NCBI GenBank assembly: GCA_024643795.1
Contig: JAHEMF010000110.1
Coordinates: forward strand, 22,137-86,136
Direction of reading: 5' to 3'
DNA length: 64,000 nucleotides
Origin: Bacteroidota bacterium
GTDB lineage: Bacteria > Bacteroidota > Bacteroidia > AKYH767-A > OLB10
Within the stretch, counting starts at the first letter, position 1. The number at the start of each line of letters is the position of its first letter. Shown here piece after piece: positions 49,801-60,293 of the stretch. The position numbers and the translations under genes were made by a program. Under the pieces are notes generated by a model. The model saw only the letters and a program-made list of their open reading frames with translations. It had not been told where the DNA came from and searched no databases.

Positions 49801-49904
49801 ATTTAGGTTTTTTGGTTAAACAAAAATACTAAATAATTAATACTTAAAAATAGATGATTTTTTGCAAAAAATATCATCAATGCACTGATTTACAGTATAT
49901 TATA

Positions 49905-51725
49905 CTAGAGGTAATCACTCTGGCCGCCTGACCTTAAATTACTCATAGCTTGTATTTTGAACAAGTTTGCATACATGCCCCCTTCGGCAAGTAATGAATT
50001 ATGATCCCCTGATTCGGCTACTGCCCCTTGATGAAGGACTATTATTTTGTGGGCATTCATTACAGAACTGATCCTGTGTCCTATGATAAGAACACTTTTA
50101 TTTTTCATCACTATGTTCAGATTTCTCAATATCCGATCCTCAGTTTCAGTATCAACTGCTGATAAACAATCATCGAAAATGAGAACTGACGGATCTCTTA
50201 CTAACGCTCTGGCAATACATATCCTTTGCTTCTGTCCACCTGATAAAGTGATTCCTCTTTCACCTACTCTGGTTTGATATTTAGCCGGAAACTTCTCAAT
50301 ATTATTATGGATCGAAGCATAATCAGCAGCTTCCGTAACCTGTTTTGAAGTGATCCCAACATCACCGGCAACAGATCTTCCAAATGCTATGTTATTATAA
50401 ATGGTATCAGAAAATAAGAAAGTGTCCTGAGGCACATAACCAAGTACCTCTCTATATTTGTGTAGATCAAGTTGTTTAAGATCAATCCCGTCTATCAGCA
50501 CTTTACCTTCAGTTGGATCTACCTGCCTCACAAGCAAAGCGGCGATAGTACTCTTACCAGAACCCGTTTTACCAGTGATTGCAAGTGATTCGCCAGGTTG
50601 AATTGTGAAATTGAGATCCTTAACAGCTTCAATTCCTGAATGAGGATATGTGTAGGAAACTCCAATGAACTCTACTCTGCCTTTAAATGGTTCAGGGAAC
50701 AATGATCCTGATACTATCTCCGGTTTTGTTTCAAGAAACTCATTTATACGACTTTGGCTTGCTGCTGCACGCTGGACAAGTGAGACCACCCACCCTAATG
50801 AAGCAACCGGCCACATGAGCATATTGATATAGATTATGAACTCTGCAATATTCCCGATGGTAAGAGTGCCGTCAATAACATATAATCCGCCTATATATAT
50901 AGTAAAGATGGTACTCAGCCCAATCAACAACAACAAAGTTGGAACGAATAAGGAATTTACCCTTACCAGTTCTAGAGACCTTGCCTTATATGAGTCGGAC
51001 AATACTGAGAACCGGTTCAGGTTTTCCGGTTCACGCACAAAAGATTTAATAACGCGGATCCCTGAAAGGGATTCCTGTACATGTGTTGAAAGATCTGATA
51101 GTTTCGCCTGAACACGTTCACTTTTCTTATTGATAATCTCTTGCACTATATAAATGATAACAGATAAAAGCGGTAGAGGCAATAATGCAAAGAAAGTAAG
51201 CATTGGGTTAACTCTTAACATTGCCCCTATGATCAGAACGAACATTACTATCAGATTAACGGTATACATAAGTGCCGGACCAACATACATCCGCACCCTA
51301 CTCACATCTTCACTGATACGATTCATAAGATCGCCCGTTCTGTTGCCTGAATAAAAGGTATAATCAAGCTTTTGATAGTGATCATAGATCTCATTCTTAA
51401 GGTCAAACTCAATGTACCGGGAAACTACTATTATGGTTTGGCGCATAAGGAACATGAAAAACCCTTTTAACAGCGCCATTAACAGGATAAGTGCAACAAA
51501 CAGTATAAGGTTGAACGAAAGTTCGTTCCGAAATTGTTTGGCAAATTCAAATCCCGTCAACAGATGATAATAGCTTATCATTTGTTCTGACTGATCGAGC
51601 GCGTTCCTTATAAGTTGGGCGGGAACAATTCCAAAGAAATTACTGATTGTAACAAACAGTATTCCCACACCAAGTCTCCACCGGTACTTAAAAAAGAATT
51701 TATTCAGGTATGCAAGAGATCTCAA
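49905..51725 (-). CDS. ABC transporter, fused permease/ATP-binding protein (MsbA-like exporter)
   Basis: 606 aa. Six TM helices at the N-terminus, then Walker A GKTGSGKST, signature LSGGQKQR and Walker B LIFDDCLSAVD. Confidence 0.85.
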   Translation of the reverse strand: MRSLAYLNKFFFKYRWRLGVGILFVTISNFFGIVPAQLIRNALDQSEQMISYYHLLTGFEFAKQFRNELSFNLILFVALILLMALLKGFFMFLMRQTIIVVSRYIEFDLKNEIYDHYQKLDYTFYSGNRTGDLMNRISEDVSRVRMYVGPALMYTVNLIVMFVLIIGAMLRVNPMLTFFALLPLPLLSVIIYIVQEIINKKSERVQAKLSDLSTHVQESLSGIRVIKSFVREPENLNRFSVLSDSYKARSLELVRVNSLFVPTLLLLIGLSTIFTIYIGGLYVIDGTLTIGNIAEFIIYINMLMWPVASLGWVVSLVQRAAASQSRINEFLETKPEIVSGSLFPEPFKGRVEFIGVSYTYPHSGIEAVKDLNFTIQPGESLAITGKTGSGKSTIAALLVRQVDPTEGKVLIDGIDLKQLDLHKYREVLGYVPQDTFLFSDTIYNNIAFGRSVAGDVGITSKQVTEAADYASIHNNIEKFPAKYQTRVGERGITLSGGQKQRICIARALVRDPSVLIFDDCLSAVDTETEDRILRNLNIVMKNKSVLIIGHRISSVMNAHKIIVLHQGAVAESGDHNSLLAEGGMYANLFKIQAMSNLRSGGQSDYL

Positions 51726-51851
51726 TCTGCAGAATTTGATTCAAAACTACACATTGAAATCACAATAATGTATGTTAAAAATAAATGATCAGTCCCTGGT
51801 GTGATCCTGTTAGTGTAAATTCACTATGATCAATAGACTTAATATGAAAAA

Positions 51852-52295
51852 TTATTTTGATGAGGATTGCGTGCTTTTTTCAGGCATTTCACCCGGATCA
51901 AAAGAGACAAAAAAGTTGATCCAAAGTAATCGTGACCATCTGAATGTGGCAGGAACCATTATTAACCCGATAGCCATTGTAATTCCAACCATAGCCCACA
52001 TAGAAGCCTCGTTGGGTAAAATAAATTCTGCTGCTATCCATGCTATTACAAAAATGGCAACATTGATCGCATAACTGGTATACATAGCACCATAATAGAA
52101 ACCCGGTTCCAGATGATAGGGTTGTTCGCAAACCTTGCAAGTCTCATACATCTTCGAAAAATCGGGACGGAATGGGTTATCGTGGATAAAAAAATGCCCC
52201 TGATGACATTTTGGACACCTGTTTCCAAAGACACTGGTCACTTTACCGAGTAATGGGTTCATTAAATCACCTATTAAGTTCGCAAAGTTAGCCAT
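51852..52295 (-). CDS. DUF983-family membrane protein with an N-terminal Zn-ribbon
   Basis: CPKCHQG…CKVCEQP zinc ribbon followed by two TM helices. 147 aa. Confidence 0.5.
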   Translation of the reverse strand: MANFANLIGDLMNPLLGKVTSVFGNRCPKCHQGHFFIHDNPFRPDFSKMYETCKVCEQPYHLEPGFYYGAMYTSYAINVAIFVIAWIAAEFILPNEASMWAMVGITMAIGLIMVPATFRWSRLLWINFFVSFDPGEMPEKSTQSSSK

Positions 52296-52420
52296 TTAGA
52301 GCCATTGCCTGTGTGACAACACGCACTTAGAATGTTAGTAAAGTGCTAAATAACCTATGCTATTTAACATCTTTTTAACGCCTTATTAACCTTAAATTTG
52401 CTAACAACAAAGACCATGAA

Positions 52421-53065
52421 ATGACAATTCCTCTCATCAGGTACATCCTTCCAAAAGACAAAGAGCTTTTCAACATGCTTGAGAAGGCGGCATTAAATAT
52501 GCAGGCGAGCGGTGCCACTTTGCTTGAATATGTTAATTCTGACACAGTTGAATCCCGGAACATTTTGTATACGGTGATTGAAGAGCTTGAAAATAAAGGA
52601 GATGATATCACTCACCTCATATATCAATTTCTGGACAAGAAATTATTCACCCCATTCGAAAGAGCCGACATTTACCGACTTGTGAGCTGCATCGATGATG
52701 TGGTGGATTACATCTATGCTTCAGCCAAACAGATCAAGTACTACAACCTGGATATTATTAGTCCGGATATGATAAAACTTTCAGAGTTGATAAAAGCCTG
52801 TACTGATGAGCTACGTACCGGATTGATAGAATTACAGAACATGCAGAAAATGAGGGATATTTCTAACTGCCTGGTCCGTGTCAACAGCCTTGAGAATTCA
52901 GCAGATGAAATCTTTGATAAAGCTTTGGGCAAACTATTCAGCAACGAAAAAGATGCCATCCAACTCATCAAAAGCAAAGAGATCCTGGCCTCGCTGGAAA
53001 TGGCTACCGATAAATGCGAGGAAGTGGCCGGTATCATGGAATCGATCATGATCAAAATCAATTGA
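52421..53065 (+). CDS. DUF47-family (PhoU-like) protein
   Basis: 214 aa, all-helical, with DUF47/TIGR00153-like conservation (…LLEYVNSD……DIYRLVSCIDDVVDYI…). Confidence 0.55.
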   Translation: MTIPLIRYILPKDKELFNMLEKAALNMQASGATLLEYVNSDTVESRNILYTVIEELENKGDDITHLIYQFLDKKLFTPFERADIYRLVSCIDDVVDYIYASAKQIKYYNLDIISPDMIKLSELIKACTDELRTGLIELQNMQKMRDISNCLVRVNSLENSADEIFDKALGKLFSNEKDAIQLIKSKEILASLEMATDKCEEVAGIMESIMIKIN

Positions 53066-53184
53066 TTATCAATTGCTTCATTATCAATTGTTTTTCTTTG
53101 AATAATCCCGTTTTTACTGATTAGGGAAACCATTGAAAATAGATTACCTTTGCAAGACTTTGGTATGGCCAATATAATTTATAT

Positions 53185-54324
53185 ATGGCTGCTATACAAA
53201 GTTTTAACAACTCCATTTTCATGATTGAAACTAAAGAAATTTCTCATACAAAAAGTATGCAAGCCGGTGTCTTTGGTCCAATGACCGATATGCAGCACGA
53301 GCAGGTAGTATTTTGTAACGATCCGGCAACCGGATTGAAAGCAATAATTGCCATCCACAATACAGTTTTAGGTCCGGCACTTGGCGGAACACGGATGTGG
53401 AAGTATGACAATGAAACGCAGGCCTTGAATGATGTGCTCAGGCTTTCAAGAGGCATGACCTATAAAGCAGCAATTACCGGACTCAATTTAGGAGGTGGTA
53501 AAGCTGTTATCATTGGCGATAGCAGAACAGATAAATCTGAAGCTCTCTTCCGCAGGTTCGGTAAATTCATTGACAGCCTTGCCGGAAAGTACATTACTGC
53601 AGAAGATGTAGGCACCAGCACTAAAGATATGGAATGGATTGCAATGGAAACCAACCATGTTACCGGCATTCCTCAGTCAATGGGCGGTGGTGGCGATCCT
53701 TCACCTGTAACTGCTCACGGTGTATATATGGGAATGAAAGCATCTGCGAAGCATGCATGGGGTTCAGAATCACTCAATGGAAGAAAGATCCTTGTACAAG
53801 GTGTTGGCCATGTTGGAGAAAATCTGGTAAATTATATTTCTAAAGAAGGTGCTAAGGTTTACATTTCAGATATCAATGAGGCCCAGCTTAAAAAAGTTGC
53901 AGAAACTTATGGAGCAACTGTAGTAAATGGAAATATTTTTGATCTTGAAGTAGATATATATGCACCTTGTGCTCTAGGAGCCACACTAAATGATGAATCC
54001 ATTGCAGCCCTAAAGTGTGTCATAGTGGCAGGAGCAGCAAATAATCAGCTTGCAAACGAAACCACTCATGGGGCAATGCTCATGGAAAAAGGTGTGATCT
54101 ATGCACCTGACTTTGTGATCAATGCAGGCGGACTAATTAACGTATACTCTGAACTTATTGGATATAACAGAGAGCTGGCATTCCAGCAAACCGACAAGAT
54201 CTACGATTTCACACTTGACATCCTTAGAAAAGCGTCTGATGAAAGCATACCTACATATCTTGCAGCAAATCGTATGGCTGAAAAAAGGATCACAGATATT
54301 GGAAAAGTCAAGCTGGGATTTTAA
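53185..54324 (+). CDS. Leu/Phe/Val (Glu-family) amino-acid dehydrogenase
   Basis: Motif HEQVVFCNDPATGLKAIIAIHNTVLGPALGGTRMW typical of leucine dehydrogenase, and a Rossmann motif GVGHVGE. The true start may be an internal Met at 53221. Confidence 0.8.
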   Translation: MAAIQSFNNSIFMIETKEISHTKSMQAGVFGPMTDMQHEQVVFCNDPATGLKAIIAIHNTVLGPALGGTRMWKYDNETQALNDVLRLSRGMTYKAAITGLNLGGGKAVIIGDSRTDKSEALFRRFGKFIDSLAGKYITAEDVGTSTKDMEWIAMETNHVTGIPQSMGGGGDPSPVTAHGVYMGMKASAKHAWGSESLNGRKILVQGVGHVGENLVNYISKEGAKVYISDINEAQLKKVAETYGATVVNGNIFDLEVDIYAPCALGATLNDESIAALKCVIVAGAANNQLANETTHGAMLMEKGVIYAPDFVINAGGLINVYSELIGYNRELAFQQTDKIYDFTLDILRKASDESIPTYLAANRMAEKRITDIGKVKLGF

Positions 54325-54387
54325 GCACTAATTGAGTTTAACAAGCATCTTGTTTTAAGGCAGGATACATTACCGTTCATTGAATTT

Positions 54388-55329
54388 ATGTTGAGTAGAA
54401 GGCATTTACGTACCAGGGTCATGCAGGCACTTTATTCATGGTACTACCAGGATGGAAAAGATTCCGGGACAACCGAACAGGAAATGTTTCACGGCGTTGA
54501 TAGGACCTATGACCTTTACCTTACCTTGTTAAGTTTCATGACTGAATTATCAGATGAGGAAGATAAATTTTACATTGATGCTACTCCCAAATTCATGCAA
54601 AAAGAGCAGCCGGTTGTTTCCAGATTTTCAGGAAATATTTTTGTTAAATGGCTGACAGACGACGAAGCTTTCAAAGCCCTGGTAAAAAAGAGAGGTGTTT
54701 CATGGCAAAATGACCAAGAGGTAGTAAAAAAGGTATTCTTTCAATTGAGAAATACACAAGAATACAAGGACTACGTTACAACTGCTGAACACAGCGAAAA
54801 GGAAGATATTGAATTTCTCACATGGGCATATAAGAATGTTGTCCTGAGCTCAGAGTTACTTACCAATGCATTGGAAGAAAAAAATATCTGGTGGGCCGAA
54901 TCAATGGATCTGGTAAGCAGTATGGTTTTGAAAACGATCCGACTATCCAATCCGAACAGTAAAGGAGTATATACCGTGATGCCTGCATTACGTGAAGAAA
55001 AAGAAGACAAAGAGTTTCTTACTACCCTTTTCCGTGAGACTATAAAAAACAACGCATACTTCGAAAAACTTATTGGCGAGAAAACCAGCAACTGGGAAGT
55101 TGACAGAATAGCTCAATTAGACACTATCCTTCTTAAGATGGCGCTTTGTGAGATCCTGAACTTTCAGGCCATCCCTGTAAAGGTCAGTATAAATGAATAC
55201 ATTGATATCTCTAAAGACTTCAGCACTCCTAAAAGCAGGGTATTTATCAATGGAGTTCTTGATTCAATTGTTAAGGATCTGAAATCTGCAGGTGGCATCA
55301 CTAAATCAGGAAGAGGATTAATTGAATAA
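54388..55329 (+). CDS. nusB: transcription antitermination factor NusB (long Bacteroidota form)
   Basis: N-terminus LSRRHLRTRVMQALYSWYY… matches the NusB start. The C-terminus (…VDRIAQLDTILLKMALCEIL…SINEYIDISKDF) matches the NusB helical core. Confidence 0.65.
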   Translation: MLSRRHLRTRVMQALYSWYYQDGKDSGTTEQEMFHGVDRTYDLYLTLLSFMTELSDEEDKFYIDATPKFMQKEQPVVSRFSGNIFVKWLTDDEAFKALVKKRGVSWQNDQEVVKKVFFQLRNTQEYKDYVTTAEHSEKEDIEFLTWAYKNVVLSSELLTNALEEKNIWWAESMDLVSSMVLKTIRLSNPNSKGVYTVMPALREEKEDKEFLTTLFRETIKNNAYFEKLIGEKTSNWEVDRIAQLDTILLKMALCEILNFQAIPVKVSINEYIDISKDFSTPKSRVFINGVLDSIVKDLKSAGGITKSGRGLIE

Positions 55330-55358
55330 CTTTGAGAAATAATAATTTTAAATAAAAA

Positions 55359-55856
55359 ATGAATACTAAAACTCTGATGAGGCTGAATACAACATTGTTT
55401 GTCCTGTTATTGATCTTTAGTTCATGTAGCGATTCTGTTAAAAAGGAATCCACTGATAAGGTTGACCCTGCCATTGTTAATAATCCTGCCACGGCAGATC
55501 CATCAGCCTCACTTGATGAAAATGCCGTTCCGGTCATAGAATTCGAAACAACCCGCCACCATTTTGGGGTGATCGAATCAGGCGAAAAAGTCAGTCATTC
55601 ATTTAAATTCATAAACTCTGGCAATGCTCCTCTGGTAATATCTTCCGCCAAGGCAACGTGTGGGTGTACAGTACCTAGCTATACCAAAGAACCGATACAA
55701 CCCGGCGAAAAGGGTTCCATTGAAGTAACATTTGACAGTAGTGGAAAATCAGGCATGGAAAGCAAGAACGTTACCATCATTTCAAATGCATCGCCAAATA
55801 CAACTGTACTTACCATAAGTGCTGAAATATTAAAAACAAAAGAACCAACCAACTAA
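55359..55856 (+). CDS. DUF1573-family secreted protein
   Basis: Signal peptide plus the DUF1573 pattern (…FETTRHHFGVIESGEKVSHSFKFINSGNAPLVISSAKATCGCT…). Confidence 0.5.
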   Translation: MNTKTLMRLNTTLFVLLLIFSSCSDSVKKESTDKVDPAIVNNPATADPSASLDENAVPVIEFETTRHHFGVIESGEKVSHSFKFINSGNAPLVISSAKATCGCTVPSYTKEPIQPGEKGSIEVTFDSSGKSGMESKNVTIISNASPNTTVLTISAEILKTKEPTN

Positions 55857-55862
55857 TCAGAT

Positions 55863-56183
55863 ATGATCAATTCAATTTTATTACAAGCAGGTGCAGGCGG
55901 AGGCATGGGCCAGATACTGATGATCGTTATGGTCATTATAGTATTCTACTTTTTTATGATCAGACCACAGATGCGCAAAGCCAAATTGGAGAATGCATTT
56001 AAAAAGAGTCTGGAAAAAGGTGACAAGATCGTTACCATAGGAGGCGTTCATGGAAAGATCGTTGAAGTAGCCGAAAACACTTTACTGGTGGAAGTTGACC
56101 AGAATGTGAAACTGAGGATAGAAAAGAGTGCGGTTTCTGCAGAAGCGTCCAAGCAGTTCCAGACCAAGGAGCCTAAAAAATAA
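55863..56183 (+). CDS. yajC: preprotein translocase subunit YajC
   Basis: 106 aa with a single TM helix and the YajC motif (…FYFFMIRPQMRKAK…GDKIVTIGGVHGKIVEV). Confidence 0.75.
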   Translation: MINSILLQAGAGGGMGQILMIVMVIIVFYFFMIRPQMRKAKLENAFKKSLEKGDKIVTIGGVHGKIVEVAENTLLVEVDQNVKLRIEKSAVSAEASKQFQTKEPKK

Positions 56184-56193
56184 AATAACCTCA

Positions 56194-56214
56194 GGGAGCA
56201 ATATGCTCCCTTTT
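56194..56214 (+). terminator. hairpin + T-run (GGGAGCA-ata-TGCTCCC TTTT) after yajC
   Basis: 7-bp perfect stem followed by T4. It may be a partial or attenuating terminator, since the ybbR-like gene follows. Confidence 0.45.
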
Positions 56215-56228
56215 GCATTTACTGAACC

Positions 56229-57215
56229 ATGGCGGTCCAAAAACCCATACCAGCTGCCAATAAACGAAACCTTCGCTCGAACCGGGGGATGGTGTTTTTG
56301 GTATTCGTAATGATCTCAGCTGCCATTTGGGTGCTCAACAATTTAAATGAGGTTCACTCCACTTCTATTAATATTCCATTAAAGCTTACCAACATCCCGG
56401 TATATTCAGAGCTCAATAATACCACTCCGGATGTGCTCGAGATCACACTTACAGGCAAGGGTTTTGATCTGATTGGACTTCATTGGGGAAATCAAAACGA
56501 CCCGGTTGTGATAGATGTAGGTAAACTCACTGCAGGAGGGCAGCATACCGGCCGGCATGTAATTTCAACTTTACATTTAATATCCAACCAGTGGAGAGAA
56601 GATGGGAAACTTCTTCCGGTAACAGTTGAACCGGACAGCCTCATTCTTGACCTGTCGCCCCGCTCATCAAAAAAAGTTCCTGTGCGGTCTAATGTCACCG
56701 CACGCAGCAATAGTCCCTACGGAATTCGTGGAGGTGTTATACTTAAACCTGATTCACTGTTATTGATAGGTCCGTCTGAAACACTCAACTCTATTGCTTT
56801 TGTTGAAACCGAAACTCTGGAGATAAAAGAACTTACAACAGAAAAATTCGGAGCAGTTTCGGTTAGAATACCTGCAGAGAAGGAGATAGTTATTCCTCAA
56901 AACTATGTATGGTTTTATGTGAATGCTGAAGAATATACCGAAGGCAGTTTTGAGATCCCTGTAACACTTCCAGTATCGCAAAAAAACAAACTGGAGTTAC
57001 TACCCTCAGCCGTTAGTGTTTCATTTACTGCACCTGTAAATATTTTCCACAGTATAAATGAATCAGACTTTCAGGTAGCTGGAAAACTGCCTGAAGATGA
57101 GAATAACTGGCCCAGCTCACTTGAAGTCTTTGTAACGCGTACACCTTTGGGGATAAGAAATTTAAAAGTAGAACCCAGGATCATTGATTACTATGTAAAA
57201 GGTACCATGCCATGA
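56229..57215 (+). CDS. YbbR-like domain protein
   Basis: 328 aa with an N-terminal TM anchor and repeated beta-rich YbbR-like segments. It overlaps coaE by 4 nt. Confidence 0.45.
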   Translation: MAVQKPIPAANKRNLRSNRGMVFLVFVMISAAIWVLNNLNEVHSTSINIPLKLTNIPVYSELNNTTPDVLEITLTGKGFDLIGLHWGNQNDPVVIDVGKLTAGGQHTGRHVISTLHLISNQWREDGKLLPVTVEPDSLILDLSPRSSKKVPVRSNVTARSNSPYGIRGGVILKPDSLLLIGPSETLNSIAFVETETLEIKELTTEKFGAVSVRIPAEKEIVIPQNYVWFYVNAEEYTEGSFEIPVTLPVSQKNKLELLPSAVSVSFTAPVNIFHSINESDFQVAGKLPEDENNWPSSLEVFVTRTPLGIRNLKVEPRIIDYYVKGTMP

Positions 57216-57805
57216 TAAAGGTAGGGCTAACAGGAGGCATTGGGTCAGGAAAATCATACGTTGCCGGTATTTTTCAAAGTTTGGGAATACCAGTTTTCAA
57301 TTCAGATAACATAGCCCGGGAAATAACAGCTGACCTCACCGTCATTGATAGGATCAAGTCTGTTTTTGGCAAAGATGTCTTAAGCGAAGATGGTACGATA
57401 AACCGGAAAGTGCTGGGTGCATTGGTGTTTAGTGATCCGGATAAATTACGTGCACTCAATATCATCATTCATCCGGAGGTAGAAAGCAGGTTTCAAGCCT
57501 GGGTCACCTCAAACAAAGGAGCGGCATACGTTCTGAAAGAGTCCGCGATCTTATTTGAATCAGGTAGCTACCAAAGCGTAGATAAAGTGATCAATGTACT
57601 TGCTCCTGAGGAGATCAGAATACAAAGGACATTGGAACGGGATAAAGAGATTCCTTTAGATCAGATCAAGGCCATTATGAAACAGCAATTGAGCGAAGAA
57701 GATAGATGCAATAGGTCAGATTATATTATTGTGAACAACGGAACCACCCCACTGCTTCCACAAGTGCTAGTGCTGGATAAGAAATTACGTGATGCAGATA
57801 ATTAA
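57212..57805 (+). CDS. coaE: dephospho-CoA kinase
   Basis: P-loop VGLTGGIGSGKS and a CoaE fold. 197 aa. Confidence 0.85.
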   Translation: MIKVGLTGGIGSGKSYVAGIFQSLGIPVFNSDNIAREITADLTVIDRIKSVFGKDVLSEDGTINRKVLGALVFSDPDKLRALNIIIHPEVESRFQAWVTSNKGAAYVLKESAILFESGSYQSVDKVINVLAPEEIRIQRTLERDKEIPLDQIKAIMKQQLSEEDRCNRSDYIIVNNGTTPLLPQVLVLDKKLRDADN

Positions 57806-58745
57806 GACGCCTCATCCATTTTATGATCGCCGGGAGGGTTTATACTTTGAGCCTCTTGACCTCTACATTGATCCCATAAAACCTGTTGAGAAGGCATTGA
57901 TATCACATGCACATGCCGATCATTCATCACCCGGAATCTATAGTGCATGGTGTACTGTTGAAACAGCAGGCCTGATCAAACTCAGAATGGGAAATCGTGC
58001 ACCAATACAGATCGAAACTGTGCTGTACGGCCAACCCATTCAAATGAATGATAAAACAACCGTTACCTATTACCCTGCCGGGCATATGCTGGGTTCGGCC
58101 ATGATCCTTATCAACTATGAAGGTACACGGTATCTTTATTCAGGAGACTTCAAACTCACTCCTGATCCAACCTGCGAACCAGCGGCTACACCCGAATGTG
58201 ATGTTTTATTCTCAGAGGTAACATTTGGTGACGTAACTTATGATCATCCTGATCCTGAAAAGGAGATCCTTAAATTATATGACCATATGCCTTCACGGTT
58301 GGTCATTTCCACATACAAGCAAGGAAAGGCACAACGCATGACCCGGTTGTTACATGATCATCTACCAGGAGTACCCGTTTTTATCCATCCTGAAATTATT
58401 CCTTATCATCATTGCTATGAACAATTTCAGGCTGACCTTGGCAACTGGTTACCATATAACAGAAGGGAATTCCTCAGTGCTGCATCAGCCATTCTTATAG
58501 CTCCACCGGCAAGGGCAAGAGGATTTGAAAGAACACCGGGAATTAAGACAGCTTTCGCCACCGGATGGAAAAGATTTATTCCTAATTCGGGAATTCACCT
58601 CCACATAAGTGATCATGTTGATATTACCCAACTTATTTCTTTTGCGCGTAATGTTAAGGCTAAAAAAATGGTTACATTTCATGGAAAGGATGGGGTTTTA
58701 AAGAAGAGACTGGACGCGGAAAATCAACTTAAACTATCACTTTAA
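57789..58745 (+). CDS. MBL-fold metallo-hydrolase (possible nucleic-acid exonuclease type)
   Basis: HAHADH metal-binding motif. 318 aa. Confidence 0.55.
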   Translation: MMQIIKTPHPFYDRREGLYFEPLDLYIDPIKPVEKALISHAHADHSSPGIYSAWCTVETAGLIKLRMGNRAPIQIETVLYGQPIQMNDKTTVTYYPAGHMLGSAMILINYEGTRYLYSGDFKLTPDPTCEPAATPECDVLFSEVTFGDVTYDHPDPEKEILKLYDHMPSRLVISTYKQGKAQRMTRLLHDHLPGVPVFIHPEIIPYHHCYEQFQADLGNWLPYNRREFLSAASAILIAPPARARGFERTPGIKTAFATGWKRFIPNSGIHLHISDHVDITQLISFARNVKAKKMVTFHGKDGVLKKRLDAENQLKLSL

Positions 58746-58778
58746 TTAATAATATATAGAATACTGGTTATATATAAT

Positions 58779-60293
58779 ATGGAACCAATATTAACAGCGC
58801 AACAATTTAGAGAAGCCGACCAGGCAACCATTGCCAGTGAGCCCATTACTTCAATAGACTTAATGGAAAGAGCTTCTCAAAGAGCTGCCTTAAGGATCAT
58901 TGAACTCACCGATCTGGCATCAGAATATCACTTGGTTTGTGGGACTGGTAACAACGGCGGAGACGGACTTGCCATTGCAAGGATCATTGCTGAAACAGGC
59001 AGAAATGTAGCGGTGACCATAATACCGCTGAAGCGGGAAAGTGAAGACTTTGGGATCAACCTGGAACGTTTGCAAAAACTTGCCCGGTTAAAAAGAGTGA
59101 ACCGGGTCGAAACGACAGATGAGCTGTCATTTGAACCCAGTCAGATCATCATCGATGCAATCTTTGGCACAGGATTCAGCGGAACCCCGGATGAGAAGAT
59201 CGGCGAGATAATTGATGCCATCAACAGGACAGGGAATACTATTATTTCGATTGACCTTCCTTCAGGTCTTCCTTCAGATGAAGAAGGTTATACTCCTGAA
59301 TTTAAGTGTATTAAAAGCAACTATACACTAACATTTCAACACTTAAAACCTACGCTTGTTTTGCCAGAAACAGGTTGGTTTGCAGGAAAAGTTGAAACAA
59401 TTGACATCCGGCTCAACCGAAAAACCATTGATGATTTCCAGGTTAAAGAGCACCTCATAGAAGGCGATGATATAAAGAAGATCATACCTGAGAGAAATGA
59501 ATTTTCCCATAAAGGGAATTTTGGACATGCGTTGCTGCTAGGTGGAAGTTTGGGGAAAATGGGTGCCGCCGTACTTGCCACCAAGACATGTTTACGATCG
59601 GGGTGCGGACTCACCACTGCAGTTGTACCCAACATTGGTTACAGCATAATTCAAACGGCTGCCCCTTCGGCGATGTGCACCCTGCTGGAGAATGAAAACA
59701 TTATTTCCGGACGAATAAAAGAACTTGACTACAATGCTCTAGGCTTTGGTCCGGGTGTTGGCACTGAACCTGAAACAGCATCCGTGTTAAAACAGATCAT
59801 TCAAGACTATAATGGCAAGCTTATAATTGATGCTGACGGTCTTAATATACTCGCTGATAACCTCACATGGCTGGCATTTCTTCCAAAGATGACCATACTT
59901 ACTCCGCATATTGGAGAATTCAGACGACTAGCGGGAAGCTGGGAGAACGACTTTGAAAGGAACCAATTGTTAAAAGATCTGGCAGTAAAAAATGGAATCA
60001 TTGTTATCCTTAAAGGGAAATACACGGTGATTGCTGATCCTAATGGCAATTTATTTTACAATCCAACCGGTAATTCAGGTATGGCCAAAGGTGGTTCTGG
60101 TGATGTACTTACAGGACTTTTAACCGGGTTATGTGCAAGAGGATTACATCCTTTTGAAGCAGCAATTACAGCAACCTACCTGCATGGACTCGCAGGAGAT
60201 TTGGCTTCGGAAAGGTTTGGCATTGAATCGATGAATTCAGAAGATATTGTTACGATGTTGCCGGAAGCATTCAAAACAGTGCAAGACATTTGA
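58779..60293 (+). CDS. nnr: bifunctional NAD(P)H-hydrate epimerase / ADP-dependent dehydratase
   Basis: YjeF-N domain (…CGTGNNGGDGL…) fused to a YjeF-C carbohydrate-kinase-like domain (…GGSGDVLTG…). 504 aa. Confidence 0.8.
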   Translation: MEPILTAQQFREADQATIASEPITSIDLMERASQRAALRIIELTDLASEYHLVCGTGNNGGDGLAIARIIAETGRNVAVTIIPLKRESEDFGINLERLQKLARLKRVNRVETTDELSFEPSQIIIDAIFGTGFSGTPDEKIGEIIDAINRTGNTIISIDLPSGLPSDEEGYTPEFKCIKSNYTLTFQHLKPTLVLPETGWFAGKVETIDIRLNRKTIDDFQVKEHLIEGDDIKKIIPERNEFSHKGNFGHALLLGGSLGKMGAAVLATKTCLRSGCGLTTAVVPNIGYSIIQTAAPSAMCTLLENENIISGRIKELDYNALGFGPGVGTEPETASVLKQIIQDYNGKLIIDADGLNILADNLTWLAFLPKMTILTPHIGEFRRLAGSWENDFERNQLLKDLAVKNGIIVILKGKYTVIADPNGNLFYNPTGNSGMAKGGSGDVLTGLLTGLCARGLHPFEAAITATYLHGLAGDLASERFGIESMNSEDIVTMLPEAFKTVQDI

